64,000 nucleotides of DNA, taken from Chloropicon primus (Eukaryota). Location: the NCBI GenBank assembly GCA_023205875.1, contig CP060759.1, positions 186,001 to 250,000 on the forward strand, written 5' to 3'. The position numbers and the translations under genes are program-made. Positions 32,917-45,375 of this stretch are shown here, one piece after another. Each line of letters begins with the position of its first letter. The stretch's first letter is position 1. Below the pieces are notes generated by a model. The model made no database searches and was not told the DNA's origin. It worked only from the letters and a program-made list of their open reading frames with translations.

Positions 32917-34328
32917 TTACTTTTCCTCGGTGGCACAAAAGGAGTTTATGGCTCCTTCCCAGTCTTCCAACTCCTTGGTGTTCGCCGCCGCAATGAGGAA
33001 CCCCCTCCTGTTTGGTCCGTTCAGCTCCAGCACGAAGCCGTGCACGTGGTGGGCAATGCGCTGAATCGTGAAATCGGGCAGCTTCAAGATACCCAGGGGC
33101 TGAGGGTCCACCTCGTTCCTGAAATAGCTGAGCTCCTTTGTCGAGGTGTTGAGCATAAAAAACCGGGTGTTCCAATTATGCCTCGTGAACAGCTTCACGC
33201 TTCTACCTTTCTCGTTACGCTTGGACCCGCCCTTCTTCAACAGGAACCCACGCTTCCCCGTAAGCTTCCTTTCGTTGTTCCAACCCTTCTTCTGCCAGTC
33301 TGGCTGTTGCCCGTTCTCCGCCGCCCCGTCGTTGTTCTCGCCGACCGAGACCTTGGCCTTGACCCGAATCGCGCCATCCAAAGATTTCACGTCCACCTCT
33401 CCGCCCGGAATGGAAACGGTGCCTCGGCCTCCCTTCTTCTTCTCTTCCTGGACGTTCTGGTACGTCGAGTGAGCAGCAGCCAGCTCGCCTTTCCTGGCCT
33501 TGTACTGGTCGCCATGGAGGTTGTCCTCCACAAGCGAGTCTCTCTTCAGGGCATGGGCAAACGCGCTCACCTCTCGCTGCCTCTTGAAAGCCTTCTCCTC
33601 CGCTTCCCTCCTCTCCATCTCACTAAGCGCGTCCTCCTGGGTCGCAGGGAGGTTGGAATTCATCTCTTTCGTGGACCTCCTTGCAATCTCTTTCTTGATG
33701 TCGACTTCTCCCTTGGCGACCTCAAGGCTGGCCTCCGAGACGCGCGACTTCCGTCTCGTCGCTTTGTCTATGGACTTCTCGAACTCTTCCTTCTCCTGCT
33801 CCTTGGCCCTCGTCTCCTTGGCCTTCTCAATCACGTCAGCCTAGCAACAGGAGCAACAGGAGGAGGACGGTCAGGTCAGGGGAAGCCACAATGTGTCAGT
33901 GAGCGGGCAAGGTGAGGGGCTTAAGTGCTTCGCCAAGGTGCGGAGCCAAAGTGCTTGGCCAAGGTGCGGACACAACTTACCTCCTCTGGAGTGAGGGGGG
34001 TGGATTTGGGTGATGGAGTCTGAGCCATCTTCGCAATTTCGCCAGAGTTGAAGGAAGACGACCGTCTTGTCACGAGGCTCGTCTTCCTCAGGGCATTCAG
34101 CTCGTTCTTGTCCACCGAGCTCTTCGGTGGTGGCGTCTGCGTATTGGAAATCGGAAAAACATTATGTATATGCCATGGCAAAAAGAGTTTCTCTCTGTTA
34201 GTCAAGGCACGGTTGGAGAGGAGCCAAGGTCTCGCGAAACTCACCTGTGGGGAGGCCAGCTTCTCCTTGGTGTCCGCAATGATGCTCCCCCTCTTCTTCA
34301 CTTTCGGCGTCGCTGGTGAGGTGGACAT
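32917..34328 (-). CDS. PH-domain protein (exons 34328-34245, 34136-33981, 33840-32917)
   Basis: C-terminal KRGFLLKKGG...NWNTRFFML...LSYF...ELEDWEGAIN PH signature; canonical introns. Confidence 0.8.
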
Positions 34329-35192
34329 GTCGTCGTGTCACTCTTCTTGGCGAAACACGGGGGCTTCTGAAGCACTGTCGAATTCTGCGTCGTACGTTCC
34401 CGTTCCTCTTCTTCTCGGTCAGGTTCCGGTCCCTCAGTCAATCCAGTCTCGTCCCGAGCCTTCAAAGGTCCTGCCTTGGCAAATGTGAACGTCCCTCCAT
34501 CAAGAGGTCACACCACTTCGCCTTCCTGCAAAGCTAAGGCTAAGGCTTGAGAGAGAGAGAGGCTTGGAGAGAGAGAGGCTTGAGAGAGAGAGAGGCTTGA
34601 GAGAGAGAGAGGAGCTTTTTCCCTGGAGAAGAAAAGAGAAAAAACTCGCGGGAGGAAGGAGGAGGCGAGGAAACCCTACAGAGAGCGCCCCTTTTGCTGT
34701 TAATTACATGCAAGTATGCCACCCATGCCACTGCAGGAAGGGAAAGTGTATAAGATCGAACAAGCGTATCTTGTCCTTGGGATCAAATATTTTCCAGACA
34801 AGTTCTAGAGCTCTTCCTTAACAACAAGGGAGGAGAGGAGAGGAAAGGAGAGGAGAGGAGAGGAGAGGAGAGGAAAGGAGGAGGAAAGGAGGGAGGCCCC
34901 CATTCGCGAACAGGTTTTGTTTCGGTTTCGTTCCCCCACGATCTTGTTGACTGTCTGTCCCCCTTTGACTCCATCAGAGTGTGAAACCATGCGTACACTG
35001 ATCCTGGAGGCTTCCTGGAGGTGGACGGACCGAGACAGAGGATTCACAGCAGTGCACCCCCCCTCTCTCTCTGTCGCGCCATCGACACCGTTTCCGCTTC
35101 AAGCCATTGTAAGCAATGCCGCTCTCCCCTCACCTCCAAAGTTTCACAAGTTCCCCCTTCACCATCATCACCATGAGGAGGGAAAGAATTGC

Positions 35193-35224
<32 letters not shown>

Positions 35225-35367
35225 TGGATAGGATTCACGATGCACCCCCTCTGCTCTTCCCTCCTCTTCCCCCCCCCTCTCCCTCGTCCTCCCTTCCTTC
35301 CCTCCCTTCTCTGCCCTCGACCTCGATCTCCTGTGTGGCTGAGAGAGGCCAGGAGATCAACCCAAAG

Positions 35368-36525
35368 ATGGCGCAGCTGACGACGAAGAGAGCAGGGTTG
35401 CCGAGGGCGACGAAGGCGTCGTTCCTGGCGGGAGCGCAACGCGTGACTTCAGGAAGAGGTGAGAGGTCCGCGTCGCCTCGCCTCGTCTCTCGCGGCTCGG
35501 GGAGTTTGCTGACACCGCTCGTTTTCTTTCTTTCTCTCTCTCTCGTACCTTCTTAACGGGCATGTAGACGCGGCGCTGCTTCGCGGAGGAAGGAATGGGA
35601 AGAGGAGGGGAGGGGCGCTGAACCTCCAGATGAACATATTCGAGCGCGTCAGCCGCGTGGTCCGGTCTTACGTCAACGCCGCGATAACTGCGGCAGAGGA
35701 CCCTGAGAAGTACGTCACAAGAACACGCACAAAGTGTTCTTAAATCTGTTCTGTTCTCGGCAAGAACGAGGGCGACGCGCGTCTCCTTCCTGCGTCGTCG
35801 TCGGGCGCTTTGGCACTTGAGCTGACCCTCCTTCCGCTTTCCTTCTCTTTCTCTTTCTCTTTCCACCAACCAGGATGCTCGAGCAGTCGGTGTCTGACCT
35901 CCAGAACGACCTGGTGAAGATGAGGCAAGCGAGCGCTCAGGTGATGGCGTCCACGAAGCAGCTGGAGAAGAGGATGGAGCAGGCGGAGACCTCCTCCCAG
36001 GAGTGGTACAAGAGGGCGAAGCTGGCGGTAGAGAAGGGGGAGGACGAGCTCGCGAAGGAGGCCCTGAAGAGGAGGAAGACCTTCGAGGACAGCGCGACGT
36101 CCCTCAGGACGCAGCTGGACTCTCAGAGGACGGTTCTGCAAAAGCTGCTGAACGACACCAAGACGTTAGAGAACAAGGTGGCGGAAGCGAAGAGCAAGAA
36201 GGACACCCTCAAGGCGAGGGCGCAGAGCGCCAAGGCGTCCAGGGCTCTGTCCGACCTGACCAGCGGCATCGACGCGCAGAGCTCTCTCGCGGCCTTCGAG
36301 AGGATGGAGGAGAAGGTCATGACCCTGGAGGCCGAGGCCGAGGCGGCTGGCGAGCTGACCGGGGACGTCATCTCGAGCCAGTTCGCGGCTTTGGAAGGCG
36401 GCGACGACATCGACGCCGAGCTGCAGGCTCTCAAGGGAGGCTCGAAGCCTGCTCAGGCGTTGCCGGGCGAGGTTGTGTTCGACGACGCCATCGAGGCCGA
36501 GCTCAGAGAGTTGAAGGAAGATTGA
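35368..36525 (+). CDS. VIPP1: Vesicle-inducing protein in plastids 1 (PspA/IM30 family; exons 35368-35458, 35568-35709, 35874-36525)
   Basis: MNIFERVSRVVRSY...AEDPEKMLEQSV, WYKRAKLAVEKGEDELAKEAL, AFERMEEKV and the VIPP1-type C-terminal extra helix. Confidence 0.93.
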
Positions 36526-36780
36526 GATTGAGATTGAGAGAGGGCAGGGGGGGGGGCAGGGCGGTTGTTGGGGGCAGAGGACCGAAAATGCTCGTGCTGC
36601 CACCCCTTTCAAGTGTGTAATACAAACAAAACAGGGCAGAAGAATTTTTTTCTCGTCTTCTTCATCTTCTCCTCGAGCAACCGATGTCTCTCTCTGTCTC
36701 TCTCCCCATCATATATTTCATATCTTTTTTATATATAGAAACAATACATATATAACACGCCCCCCTCTCTCTCTCTTTGT

Positions 36781-37830
36781 TTAGATGAGGTCGCCCCCCG
36801 CGCTGATAAAGCCTCTGGAGCCTTCGTAAGTGACCTGCAGGCTGACCCTCTGGAAGGGCGTGGAGTTGGGATCGAAGTAGTACCCCGTCATCTCCCCAGT
36901 TGCCCTCGATATGCAAAGGTAGTAGAACCCAGCGATGGTCAAGTTTCCGCCCGGCTCGTCGTTCAGGAAGTACTTCTCCTTGAGCCTCATGTAGATGTAC
37001 GGCTGGTTCGCCAGGTCCACGGGCTCCTGCGCGTTGTTGTGGTCCGCCACCTTTCCTCCCTCCTCGGAGTTGCTGAAAATGTCGGAGAAGGGCGCGAGCT
37101 TCGTCCAGTGCTCCCTGTCGATCGCCTTGGACGCCCCCCAGTTTTGCGTGTAGAACGAGTAGTTCACGTTGTCGATCAGCTGGCCCTCCCAAAACGTCGC
37201 GACAGGCTCGCTCTCCCCGCTGCCGCAGTTGAACCCCTTGGCGTACATCGTGCCGCACACGTAGCCCTTGGCGAAGTTCCTCTCCTCCACCGTGATTTTA
37301 AGGTCCCACGACTCGCTCGGGCTGCTCGAGGAGGAGACCCTCTGGACGCCCTCGAAGGTCATCCCGGGCTCGAGGAAGGTGCATGGCTGCAGCGGGGTCC
37401 TCCTGGAGAAGTTCTCCGTCGAGAGGTCCACCCTCGTGAGCCCCCCCCTCCTTTCCTTCTTCCTCGCGGCCTGGTAGGCGGCCTGCCTCACGGCGCGCAC
37501 GCCTCGCCTCACGGGGGTGCTCAGGTCCTGCCTTCCCCTGAGGTTCTGCAGGGTCGAGAACACCAGCATCCCGAGGCTCGACGAGGCCGAAGCCGCCCGC
37601 AGACTGTTGTCCAGCTCCGGCATCTCCATCTCCGCGCACGCGTCGTCCAAGCTCATCATGATGCTGTCCTGCGCCTCGCTCGGGCTCCTCAGCAGGGCCT
37701 CCAAGTCCACCGTCGCGTCCGAGTACCCACCCCCGTGAGAGGCACGGTACGCAGTCGAGGTCCTGTACCTCCTCATGTTCTCCGTCAGCTCCTCGTCCAG
37801 AGACATCAGCTCGCTCGCCATTGCCGCCAT
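36781..37830 (-). CDS. GID4: GID/CTLH complex substrate receptor (Vid24/GID4 family)
   Basis: FLEPGMTFEGVQ, TFWEGQLID, DREHW, YIYMRLKE, LTIAGFYY, GYYFDPNSTPFQ. Confidence 0.88.
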   Translation of the reverse strand: MAAMASELMSLDEELTENMRRYRTSTAYRASHGGGYSDATVDLEALLRSPSEAQDSIMMSLDDACAEMEMPELDNSLRAASASSSLGMLVFSTLQNLRGRQDLSTPVRRGVRAVRQAAYQAARKKERRGGLTRVDLSTENFSRRTPLQPCTFLEPGMTFEGVQRVSSSSSPSESWDLKITVEERNFAKGYVCGTMYAKGFNCGSGESEPVATFWEGQLIDNVNYSFYTQNWGASKAIDREHWTKLAPFSDIFSNSEEGGKVADHNNAQEPVDLANQPYIYMRLKEKYFLNDEPGGNLTIAGFYYLCISRATGEMTGYYFDPNSTPFQRVSLQVTYEGSRGFISAGGDLI

Positions 37831-38425
37831 CCCTCTTCCTCTTCCTCAACAAAACCACAAAAAAACCAAAACCAAAACCAAACACCCGAGTGACGACGAC
37901 GACAGAGCTCTCCCCTGGCCAGGTCTGTCTGCAGAGGTCGTCCCCCAAACAAACAAAGAAAGAACGAAAGGAGGCGACTGAACAAAGCAAAGCAAAGAGA
38001 GAGAAGCAAAAGAACTAGAGAACTAGCCCGACCGGGGTCGTCTGTCCTGTCCTGTTCTGCGCGATCGATCGATGGACACAATCGTCTTCGTCTTCGTCTT
38101 CGTCTTCAGTCGTCACTTTCTGTCTCTCCTTCAAAAAAAAAATGGAACAAGCTTGTGATTTCAAAACCACGCGTTTTGTACACGAGACGCGGACTTTCTC
38201 TTCAACGGGAAACTGCGCCAAGTCAGCAATCCCAACAACGTCACGTGCGATTTCTACTCTCCGTTTTCTTTTTTTTTCTTTTTTTTTTTTTGGTTTCACG
38301 AGAGACGTTCGTTATCTTGGAGTAACGTCGTATAGAGAATAGAGTAAATCGGAGCGTTATCCACGAGGGTTTGCTCTGCTCTTGGCTTCGAACTCTGCAG
38401 AGTGCATGCATTGTGACGGAGGTTA

Positions 38426-39103
38426 ATGCCCACCAAGAGCGACGGGAGTTTCGTGTTCAAGCAACCGGATCCACGACACCAGCACCAGAACCAGCACCAG
38501 CACCAACACGCGTCTTCTTGTTCTCATCGCGACGAGGAGGAGGACGACGACGGCGACGGAATTTTCAATCCTGGTCCACCTCGCAGCAGCAACGCCAGCA
38601 GGAAGAAGAAGGGCAAGAGGAGGAGAGACGCTTCGACCTCGACCGCAGGGGGGAAGAAGAAGCATCCGGAGGTTTCGTGCTCGATCCAGTACAGGAGCTT
38701 CACGTGCAGGAGCGCGCGCGTCGTGATCAAGCGAAAGTCGTGCAAGGGGGACACCGTCTTCTTCAAGCACAACTGGGGTTCCAGAAATACGAAGAACATG
38801 AACTACTCGACGGACAAGGAGCACGCGGGCCACGCCACCAGGGCGAGGTTGGTCCGCAAGGTCGCTGCCGTGTTCGTGCTGGTCGCGACCCTGACCCTCT
38901 GGATGGCGGTCGCGGGCTACGCGTCCAGGCAGAGCGAGGCGGGGGCCTCCGCCGCGGCGGGGAGGCGGCTCCTGTTCATCCCCCGCTACTACTGGCCCAC
39001 CGCCCCACCTGGACCGGCGGGCTGCCTTTTCAGGGGCGCCTGCACCACTTGGGGCACGAGGTACCCGCCCGATATCTTCACCGCACTCACCGGCTCTTAC
39101 TAG
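38426..39103 (+). CDS. Hypothetical protein with one TM segment
   Basis: 225-aa ATG ORF with host-like GC3-rich codons and hydrophobic VAAVFVLVATLTLWMAVAGY. Confidence 0.5.
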   Translation: MPTKSDGSFVFKQPDPRHQHQNQHQHQHASSCSHRDEEEDDDGDGIFNPGPPRSSNASRKKKGKRRRDASTSTAGGKKKHPEVSCSIQYRSFTCRSARVVIKRKSCKGDTVFFKHNWGSRNTKNMNYSTDKEHAGHATRARLVRKVAAVFVLVATLTLWMAVAGYASRQSEAGASAAAGRRLLFIPRYYWPTAPPGPAGCLFRGACTTWGTRYPPDIFTALTGSY

Positions 39104-40254
39104 GACTTTCAGTCAGGTTGTCGCAAAAAGACGAGAGGGCTCCTGCTGATGGTGGCGGTGGTGGTGGGGCGCGCGCTGCAAGAAGCAAGCAAGGAGAAAA
39201 GAGGGGGGTTAGACTAAACTCCCACTTCCCAAGCACGCCGAGGGAGATCCTCTGGGATTATTTATATAAGAAATCCTCAACAACAACAACAACAAAACTT
39301 CTTCTTCTTCTTCTTCTTCTTCGTGTGTGCAAGAGCACAGGCGGACACCCACAAACTCCTTCTGCTTGACCCACCCCCCCCACACACACCCAGGGCACCC
39401 TTCTTCGGTCGGTCGGTCGAGTTCCCAAGCCGCAAAGCCCACGTCCCCGCCTCACCAGGGTCTCCGTCTCCCCCTCCTCCTCCTCCTCCTGCCGCCGCCC
39501 ACCGCAACAAGCTGTCTCGCGAACCACGTCCACGACCTTGGCCTCCGCCTCCTTCCTCACTCGAGCACTTTCGAAAAGGTCGAGCGCCACGATTCGAATG
39601 GCGGTCGTGTCGCGTCCTCCCCCTCCTCCTCCTCGTCGTCCTCCTCTCTCTCTCTCTTTCTCTCTGATCCCAGCCTGGCCTCCAACCAAGTCGTTATTCC
39701 TTTCGATCTAGGGGCCCTTTGGGAGCAACAAAGACCTCCCCCAGTGTGCACGCCACGCCACGCCAACCCTCTCTCTCCACTCACCTCCCTTGGTCTCTCT
39801 CTCTCCAACGCGCGCGCGCGTCTCTTTCTCCTCTGCTCTGCCCTCCGTCCGCCAACGCCGCCTCCTTCGCCAAAGCGCGTAAGACCCGAGCGCCCCCTTC
39901 CCTCTCTCCCTTCCCTCTCCACTCACCTCCCTTCCCTCTCTCTCTCTCTCTCTCCAGTGGCGCGCTTTTGCTCTGGCGTTTTTTGCAGAATGAAACGGCT
40001 CCGGGTTTCGACGACGATCGCGATCGATCGGGCAGAGGGGGAAGGACGAGGGCGGCGAGGGGATCGAGAGCGCGCGCAGTGGGTCAGTGGAGAGGGTCAC
40101 AGGCGGAAGGGTCTTGACTTGGGCTTTCGAAAGAGCCCTCGCTCGAACGTGGGCGAGGTTTGGACCAAGCCACGTGCGTGCGGTGCGTGCGTGCGTGCGT
40201 GCGTTTTCGCGAGAAGGAAGAGGAAGAGGAAGGAGGTTGAAGCAGGGAGACGGG

Positions 40255-42478
40255 ATGGTGGTGAGGACGGAGTTGCTCGGTGCGGTGGAGGGGTCGGACG
40301 CGTTGTCGACGGAGGACCTGAGGAGAGAGGTGGAGGAGATCCGCAACGAAGTGGACTTGAGGGAGCATGCGAGGGAGAACGGGTGAGTGAGGAGAGCAGA
40401 GGTTGGGTCGACGGCCCTCGCTTACGTTTACGTTTTCGTTTCGCTGCGTGCTGACTGCGTTTCTTTTCCGGCCTCGTCTGCGTTTTTCTTCTGTCCCCAG
40501 GTACCAGATCGTGAGCATGAACGCGGGGGAGGAGCCACCTTTAGGGGCGACGCCCGTGAACGCGGGGGAGGGCGAGCTCAAGTACACCAACGGCGACACG
40601 TACAAGGGTGAGATCGTGAACAACCTGCGCCACGGGAAGGGCAGGCACCTCTGCTCGACTGGCGACTATTACGACGGGTCCTGGCGGTTCGACAAGAGAG
40701 AGGGCCACGGCTCGATGGTCTTCGCGAGCAAGCTGAGGTACGAGGGCGACTGGAAGGACGACAAGGCGCACGGCCACGGCGTCTGCTACTACCCGAACGG
40801 GCAGAGGTACGAGGGGGAGTGGGAGAAGGACCAAAAGTGGGGCTGGGGCAAGCTTGAGATTCCGGTGGCGGAGGGCGAGGCCAACGTCAAGTGGGAGTCT
40901 TACGAGGGGGAGTGGTCGAACAACGCGATGGATGGGAGGGGGAGGTACACGTTCGTGGACGGATCTTATTACGAGGGCGAGTACAAGCAGGGCCAGAGGA
41001 CCAAAGGAAAGTTCGTGTCCAGCGACGAATCCATCGAGTACACGGGCGGCTGGAAAGACAACATGAGGCACGGCTTCGGAACCTTCTTTCAGAACGGGGT
41101 GCAAAAGTACTTTGGAGAGTGGCGAAAGGACCTGAAGCATGGCCGAGGCAAGTGCGAGTACAGCGATGGGGTGGCTTACGACGGGGACTGGGTCGGGGAC
41201 AAAATGCAGGGCACCGGCAAGTGGACTTTTGGCGGGGAGAAGTACGAGGGGGGCTTCGGGGACAACAAGAGGGAGGGAGATGGCACGTGCACTTACGACG
41301 ACGGATCGCGTTACCAGGGCGCGTGGAAGGATGGCAAGCGCCACGGCAAGGGCAAGCACCTTTTCAGCAATGGCGACCTCTACGAAGGGGACTGGAAGGA
41401 CGACGAGAGGGATGGAAAGGGCGCCTGCAAGTACCACAACGGCGACAGGTACCAAGGGGAGTGGAAGGCAAACAGAAGGGAGGGGCACGGCGTGTGCGTC
41501 TTTCAGGACGGGACAAAGTACAGGGGGGAGTGGGTGGGAGACAAGTGGGTTCAAAGCTCCGCCGACCCAGAGTTCACCAAGGTCTTTGGTCCGGGCCTTG
41601 CCCAGGGAACCGCCGGGGCCAAGACGGTGTTTGGGATTCAGGCCTACGACGAGGACCAGAACAAGAGGCTGTGCGGGGGGGATGCCTTCTGCTGCACGCT
41701 GGAGGGGCCTGCTGAAGTCCATGCGGACGTGGTGGACCACGGGGACGGTACCTATGCGATCCAGTACACCGCGGAGTTGTCCGGGGACTATGAGCTGTTC
41801 ATCACCATCGGCGACGACGAGCTCGTAGGAAGCTCTCCCTACCAGGTCAAGATACTCCCAGGGAAGCCGTGCCCGAAGCGATGCACCGTGTCGGGCAGCG
41901 GCCTTCGCTCCGCCAGAGCTGGCGTGGTCTCCGAGTTCTATGTTGAGGCCAGGGACGAGCACAAGAACCTGTGCGTGGGGTCCGCCCCGGACATGAAGCT
42001 CGGCGTCAGCATCACCTCTGCCGCCGGGGCGATCGAGGCGGATGTCGAGCCCCGCCAAGATGGTACGTTCAGGTGCAGCTACACGCCAGTCCAAATCGGC
42101 TTTTACAGGATAGAGATCTCTTCCGGAAGAGATCTCATTGGTTCCAGCCCCTACAGCCTGGAGGTCGAAGTCTCCAGCAGGGAGAAGGCCGAGGAGCCAG
42201 TCCCAGACGTCATCGCCAAGTGGGGGAGCATCGCGCAGGCCGAGTACGCGGCGGACGGAGATTCCGACGGCTGGGACTCCGAGCCAGAGGAGAAGGAGAC
42301 CGCCGAAGAGAAGTACGTTCGAGAGCATCCCGACGTCGCCGTGGTGGACAACTTGGAGGACATGTGGAAGGTCGGCAGGTACCAGGCGGAGAAGAAGGCG
42401 CTCGAGCGAAAGGAGAAGGAGAGGAGGTTGGCAGAGTTGCGCCAAAGGCTGGAAAAAAAATATAAAAACAACGTTTAA
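40255..42478 (+). CDS. MORN-repeat protein with two filamin-type Ig repeats (exons 40255-40382, 40501-42478)
   Basis: Many Y-x-G-x-W...G-x-G MORN repeats, then GPGL..AG..F.I.A.D..R..GGD.F..DHGDGTY..GSSPY filamin repeats. Confidence 0.88.
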
Positions 42479-42775
42479 GAGCTGGAAAGAGAGGACGGCG
42501 GCCAAATTTAGATCATAATAGCATAGAGAGAGAGAGAGAAATAATATTATTCTTCTAGTCTTAGGTCTAGTTATTATTACAACACGCAGCAGCAGGATCA
42601 AAATCTTGCTTACATTGCTATCATTATTTACACACGCTTTCGCTTTGCTTTGTTGTACACACGCGCGCGCGCGCGCGCAAGGAGGACGGCGGACTCATCA
42701 TCACCATCACCATCATCGCCGCGCGCGCACAAATGCTGCGTTCCTTGCAATCCCTCGCAAGAGAGAGAATCTGCC

Positions 42776-44441
42776 TTACCTCCTCTTGTACTTCTTCTTG
42801 CTCTTGAACGCCTTTGCCGGCTTGCCGCCGCGCTTCCTTCTGTTGGCCTCCGTCTTTTGGACCTTGCTTGCCCTGGGCTTGAATCCCTCGTCCTCGTCCG
42901 CGTCCTTCTTCTTCTGCTGCTGCTGCTGAGACTGGCTCTTTCGCTTCCTGGACACGCTCTCGTTCCTTGCGATGATGGTGTTCATGGCCCTGTTGGGCTC
43001 GAGGCCCTGGTTGCGGAGCTTCTTCTCCTGGCTCTTGGAGGCCCTCGCCATGCTCGTGGAAAGGAACTGCTTGGCCTGCTCGGCCTTCTTCTTCTTGTCC
43101 CTCTCCTCCTGCTTCTTCCTCTTGTTGTTGCTGCTGATGCCCTTTCTCCTGTCCTCGTACTCCTCCCGGGCGGCGTCCTGGGTCTGCTTCTTGTCCTTCT
43201 TGCTCTGGAACCACGTCTTGGCCGGCCTCGCCATGATCTCGTTGTGGTGCTCCACAAGGTTCTCGGCCCTCAGGGCCTCCATCTCCGCCTTTTGCAGGAT
43301 CCTCTCCTGCTTCTCCTCCAGCATAATCTTGGCGATGTCCTCCGCCATGGCGGCGATGGCCTCGGTCCACTTGTCGATGGTCTCGTCCGCCACGATCCTC
43401 TGCTTGAGCTTCTTCCCGCTGTGCTTCACGATCTGCTTGATCAGGGCCCGGTTGCTCGGGTCGAGGAAGGTGACCGCCCGGCCTCCCCGCCCCGCCCTCG
43501 CCGTCCTTCCGATCCTGTGCACGTAAGTCGTCACCACGTCAGGCTCGTCGAAGCTGATGACGTTCTCCACCCCGAGGATGTCCAGGCCCCTCGAGGCCAC
43601 GTCGGTGGCGAGGAGGAACTTGGCGGCCCCCGCGCGGAAGTCCTCGAGCGCCCGCAGCCTCTGGGCCTGGGACATGTTCCCGTGGAGCTCCGAGGCCTGC
43701 AAGCCCGCGAGCCCGAAGATCAGCTTGAGCCTGTGGGCGCACTGCTTCGTCCTGGCGAACACGACGGTCTTCTCCTTGAAGAGCCTGGTGCAGAGGGACA
43801 TGAGGATGGCCTCCTTCTTGCCGGCGAGGGCGCCCTTGAGGAGCACCGCCTCCTGCTGCAGCAGTTGGGGCGTGGCGTGCTTGGGGTCCACGGCGACCCT
43901 CACGGGGTTCCTCAGGGACAGGGCCACGAGCTCCTGGACGCTTTGGGTCATCGTGGCCGAGAACAGCAGGGTCTGCCTCCGCCCCGGGCAGTGGGAGATG
44001 ACCTCCCTGACCTGCTCCTGGAACCCCAGCTCCAGGAGCCTGTCCGCCTCGTCCAGCACGAGGGTGGACATGTCGTCCAAGTCGACCGACCTGGTGTTCG
44101 TCAGGTGGTCGATCAGCCTGTTCGGCGTGGCGACCACGACCTCCGGCTTGGTCCTCAGGGCCTGGGCCTGGGTCTGCATAGAGAGCCCCCCGATGACGAG
44201 GGAGAGGCGGACGGGCGAGGGGTTCTTCGCGAACGTCGCCAGCTTCTCGAGCATGCTGTGGGTCTGCACCGCGAGCTCCCTGGTCGGCACGAGGACGAGG
44301 ACGTAGGTCGCCTTGACGTGCGCGGGCCTGTGGAGCAGCCGCTCCAGGAGCGGCAGCCCGTACGCCGCCGTCTTCCCCGAGCCGGTGATGGCCGAGGCCA
44401 CGAGGTCCCGGCCCGACAGCACGAGCGGAACGCAAGCCGAC

Positions 44442-44497
<56 letters not shown>

Positions 44498-45178
44498 CGA
44501 TTGATGGTTGGAGCAAGTAAGGAAATGGAGTCGAAGAAGAAGAGAGGGATGACATGACAAGGTGGTTTGAGTCCGTCAGTCCGTCGGTCCGTCAGGAGAA
44601 GGCGGTGTCACTGCTTTTAGCTGGTTTTCGCGAGTCGGAAAAAACGGTATTATCTCGTTCAGCGTCCGCAGGGGACTCAAGAAGGGGAATCCATGATAGG
44701 AAATCGTCATCCTCGCAGCAGCAGCAGCAGCAGCACCAGCAGCAGCAGCAGCAAAACAAAACACGCACAACACACGCACACGCACACGCACACATACCTG
44801 AATCGGGGTCGGGGTGGAGAACCCGAGGGTGGTGCACGCCCTGCACAAGACCCGGGACAAGTTGAGGTCCGCGAACGAGTCGCTGGGAGAGTCGCTGGGA
44901 GAGTCGAGGCGGCCGTGGGGGTGGTGGTGCTCGAAGAACCCACCGTCGTCCTCATCCTCGCCCCCCTCGACGCCCGCCCCGCTCGAAGCCGCCCTCGCCC
45001 CCTTCCTCCTCCGGATCTTCTCGTCCGTCGTCGTGAACGTCCTCGTCTTCCGCTTCACCGCCAGCGCGTCGTCGATCGCCGTCCCGAGCTCCCAGGGAGA
45101 CGAGGACGACGAAGGCCGCCGCGGAGAAGAAGCAGGACCAGGGTCGAGGACGGAGTCGAACACGAACGAGGGATCCAT
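42776..45178 (-). CDS. DDX27: DEAD-box RNA helicase DRS1/DDX27-like (exons 45178-44798, 44440-42776)
   Basis: PTPIQ, TGSGKT, PTRELA, DEAD, SAT, HRIGRTARAGR; C-terminal EI.ARP..TWF typical of Drs1/DDX27. Confidence 0.9.
44442..44503. repeat. (TGAT)n microsatellite at the intron 3' end
   Basis: Visible tetranucleotide run next to the acceptor. Confidence 0.95.
44603..44715 (-). ncRNA. Candidate intronic H/ACA snoRNA
   Basis: Hairpin, H box AGATAA (44655-44650), hairpin, then ACA (44608-44606), inside the 357-nt DDX27 intron. Confidence 0.3.
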
Positions 45179-45303
45179 TTCGTCGACTGTGGCTTTCGCC
45201 GCTTCCTCGCTCTGGCGGCCGCGCAGACTTTTTTTTTGTTTTGTGTTGAGGTGGTGGTGGTGGCGACACAGAATATAGCGTCTGAAATGTCGGTAGTAAA
45301 CTG

Positions 45304-45375
45304 GTGCCCATAGTATAGTGGTTAGTATTTCTCGTTGTGGCCGAGACGACCCGTGTTCGACTCACGGTGGGCACA
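45304..45375 (+). tRNA. trnH: tRNA-His (GTG)
   Basis: Acceptor stem GTGCCCA/TGGGCAC plus A73; anticodon arm TCTCG-TTGTGGC-CGAGA; T arm CCGTG-TTCGACT-CACGG. Confidence 0.95.

Noticed and set aside
40541..44452. Very long antisense ORFs (686 aa, 600 aa; also 25588-27315, 52876-54231 and others)
   Set aside because: Shadow frames of GC3-rich real genes on the opposite strand; no motifs.
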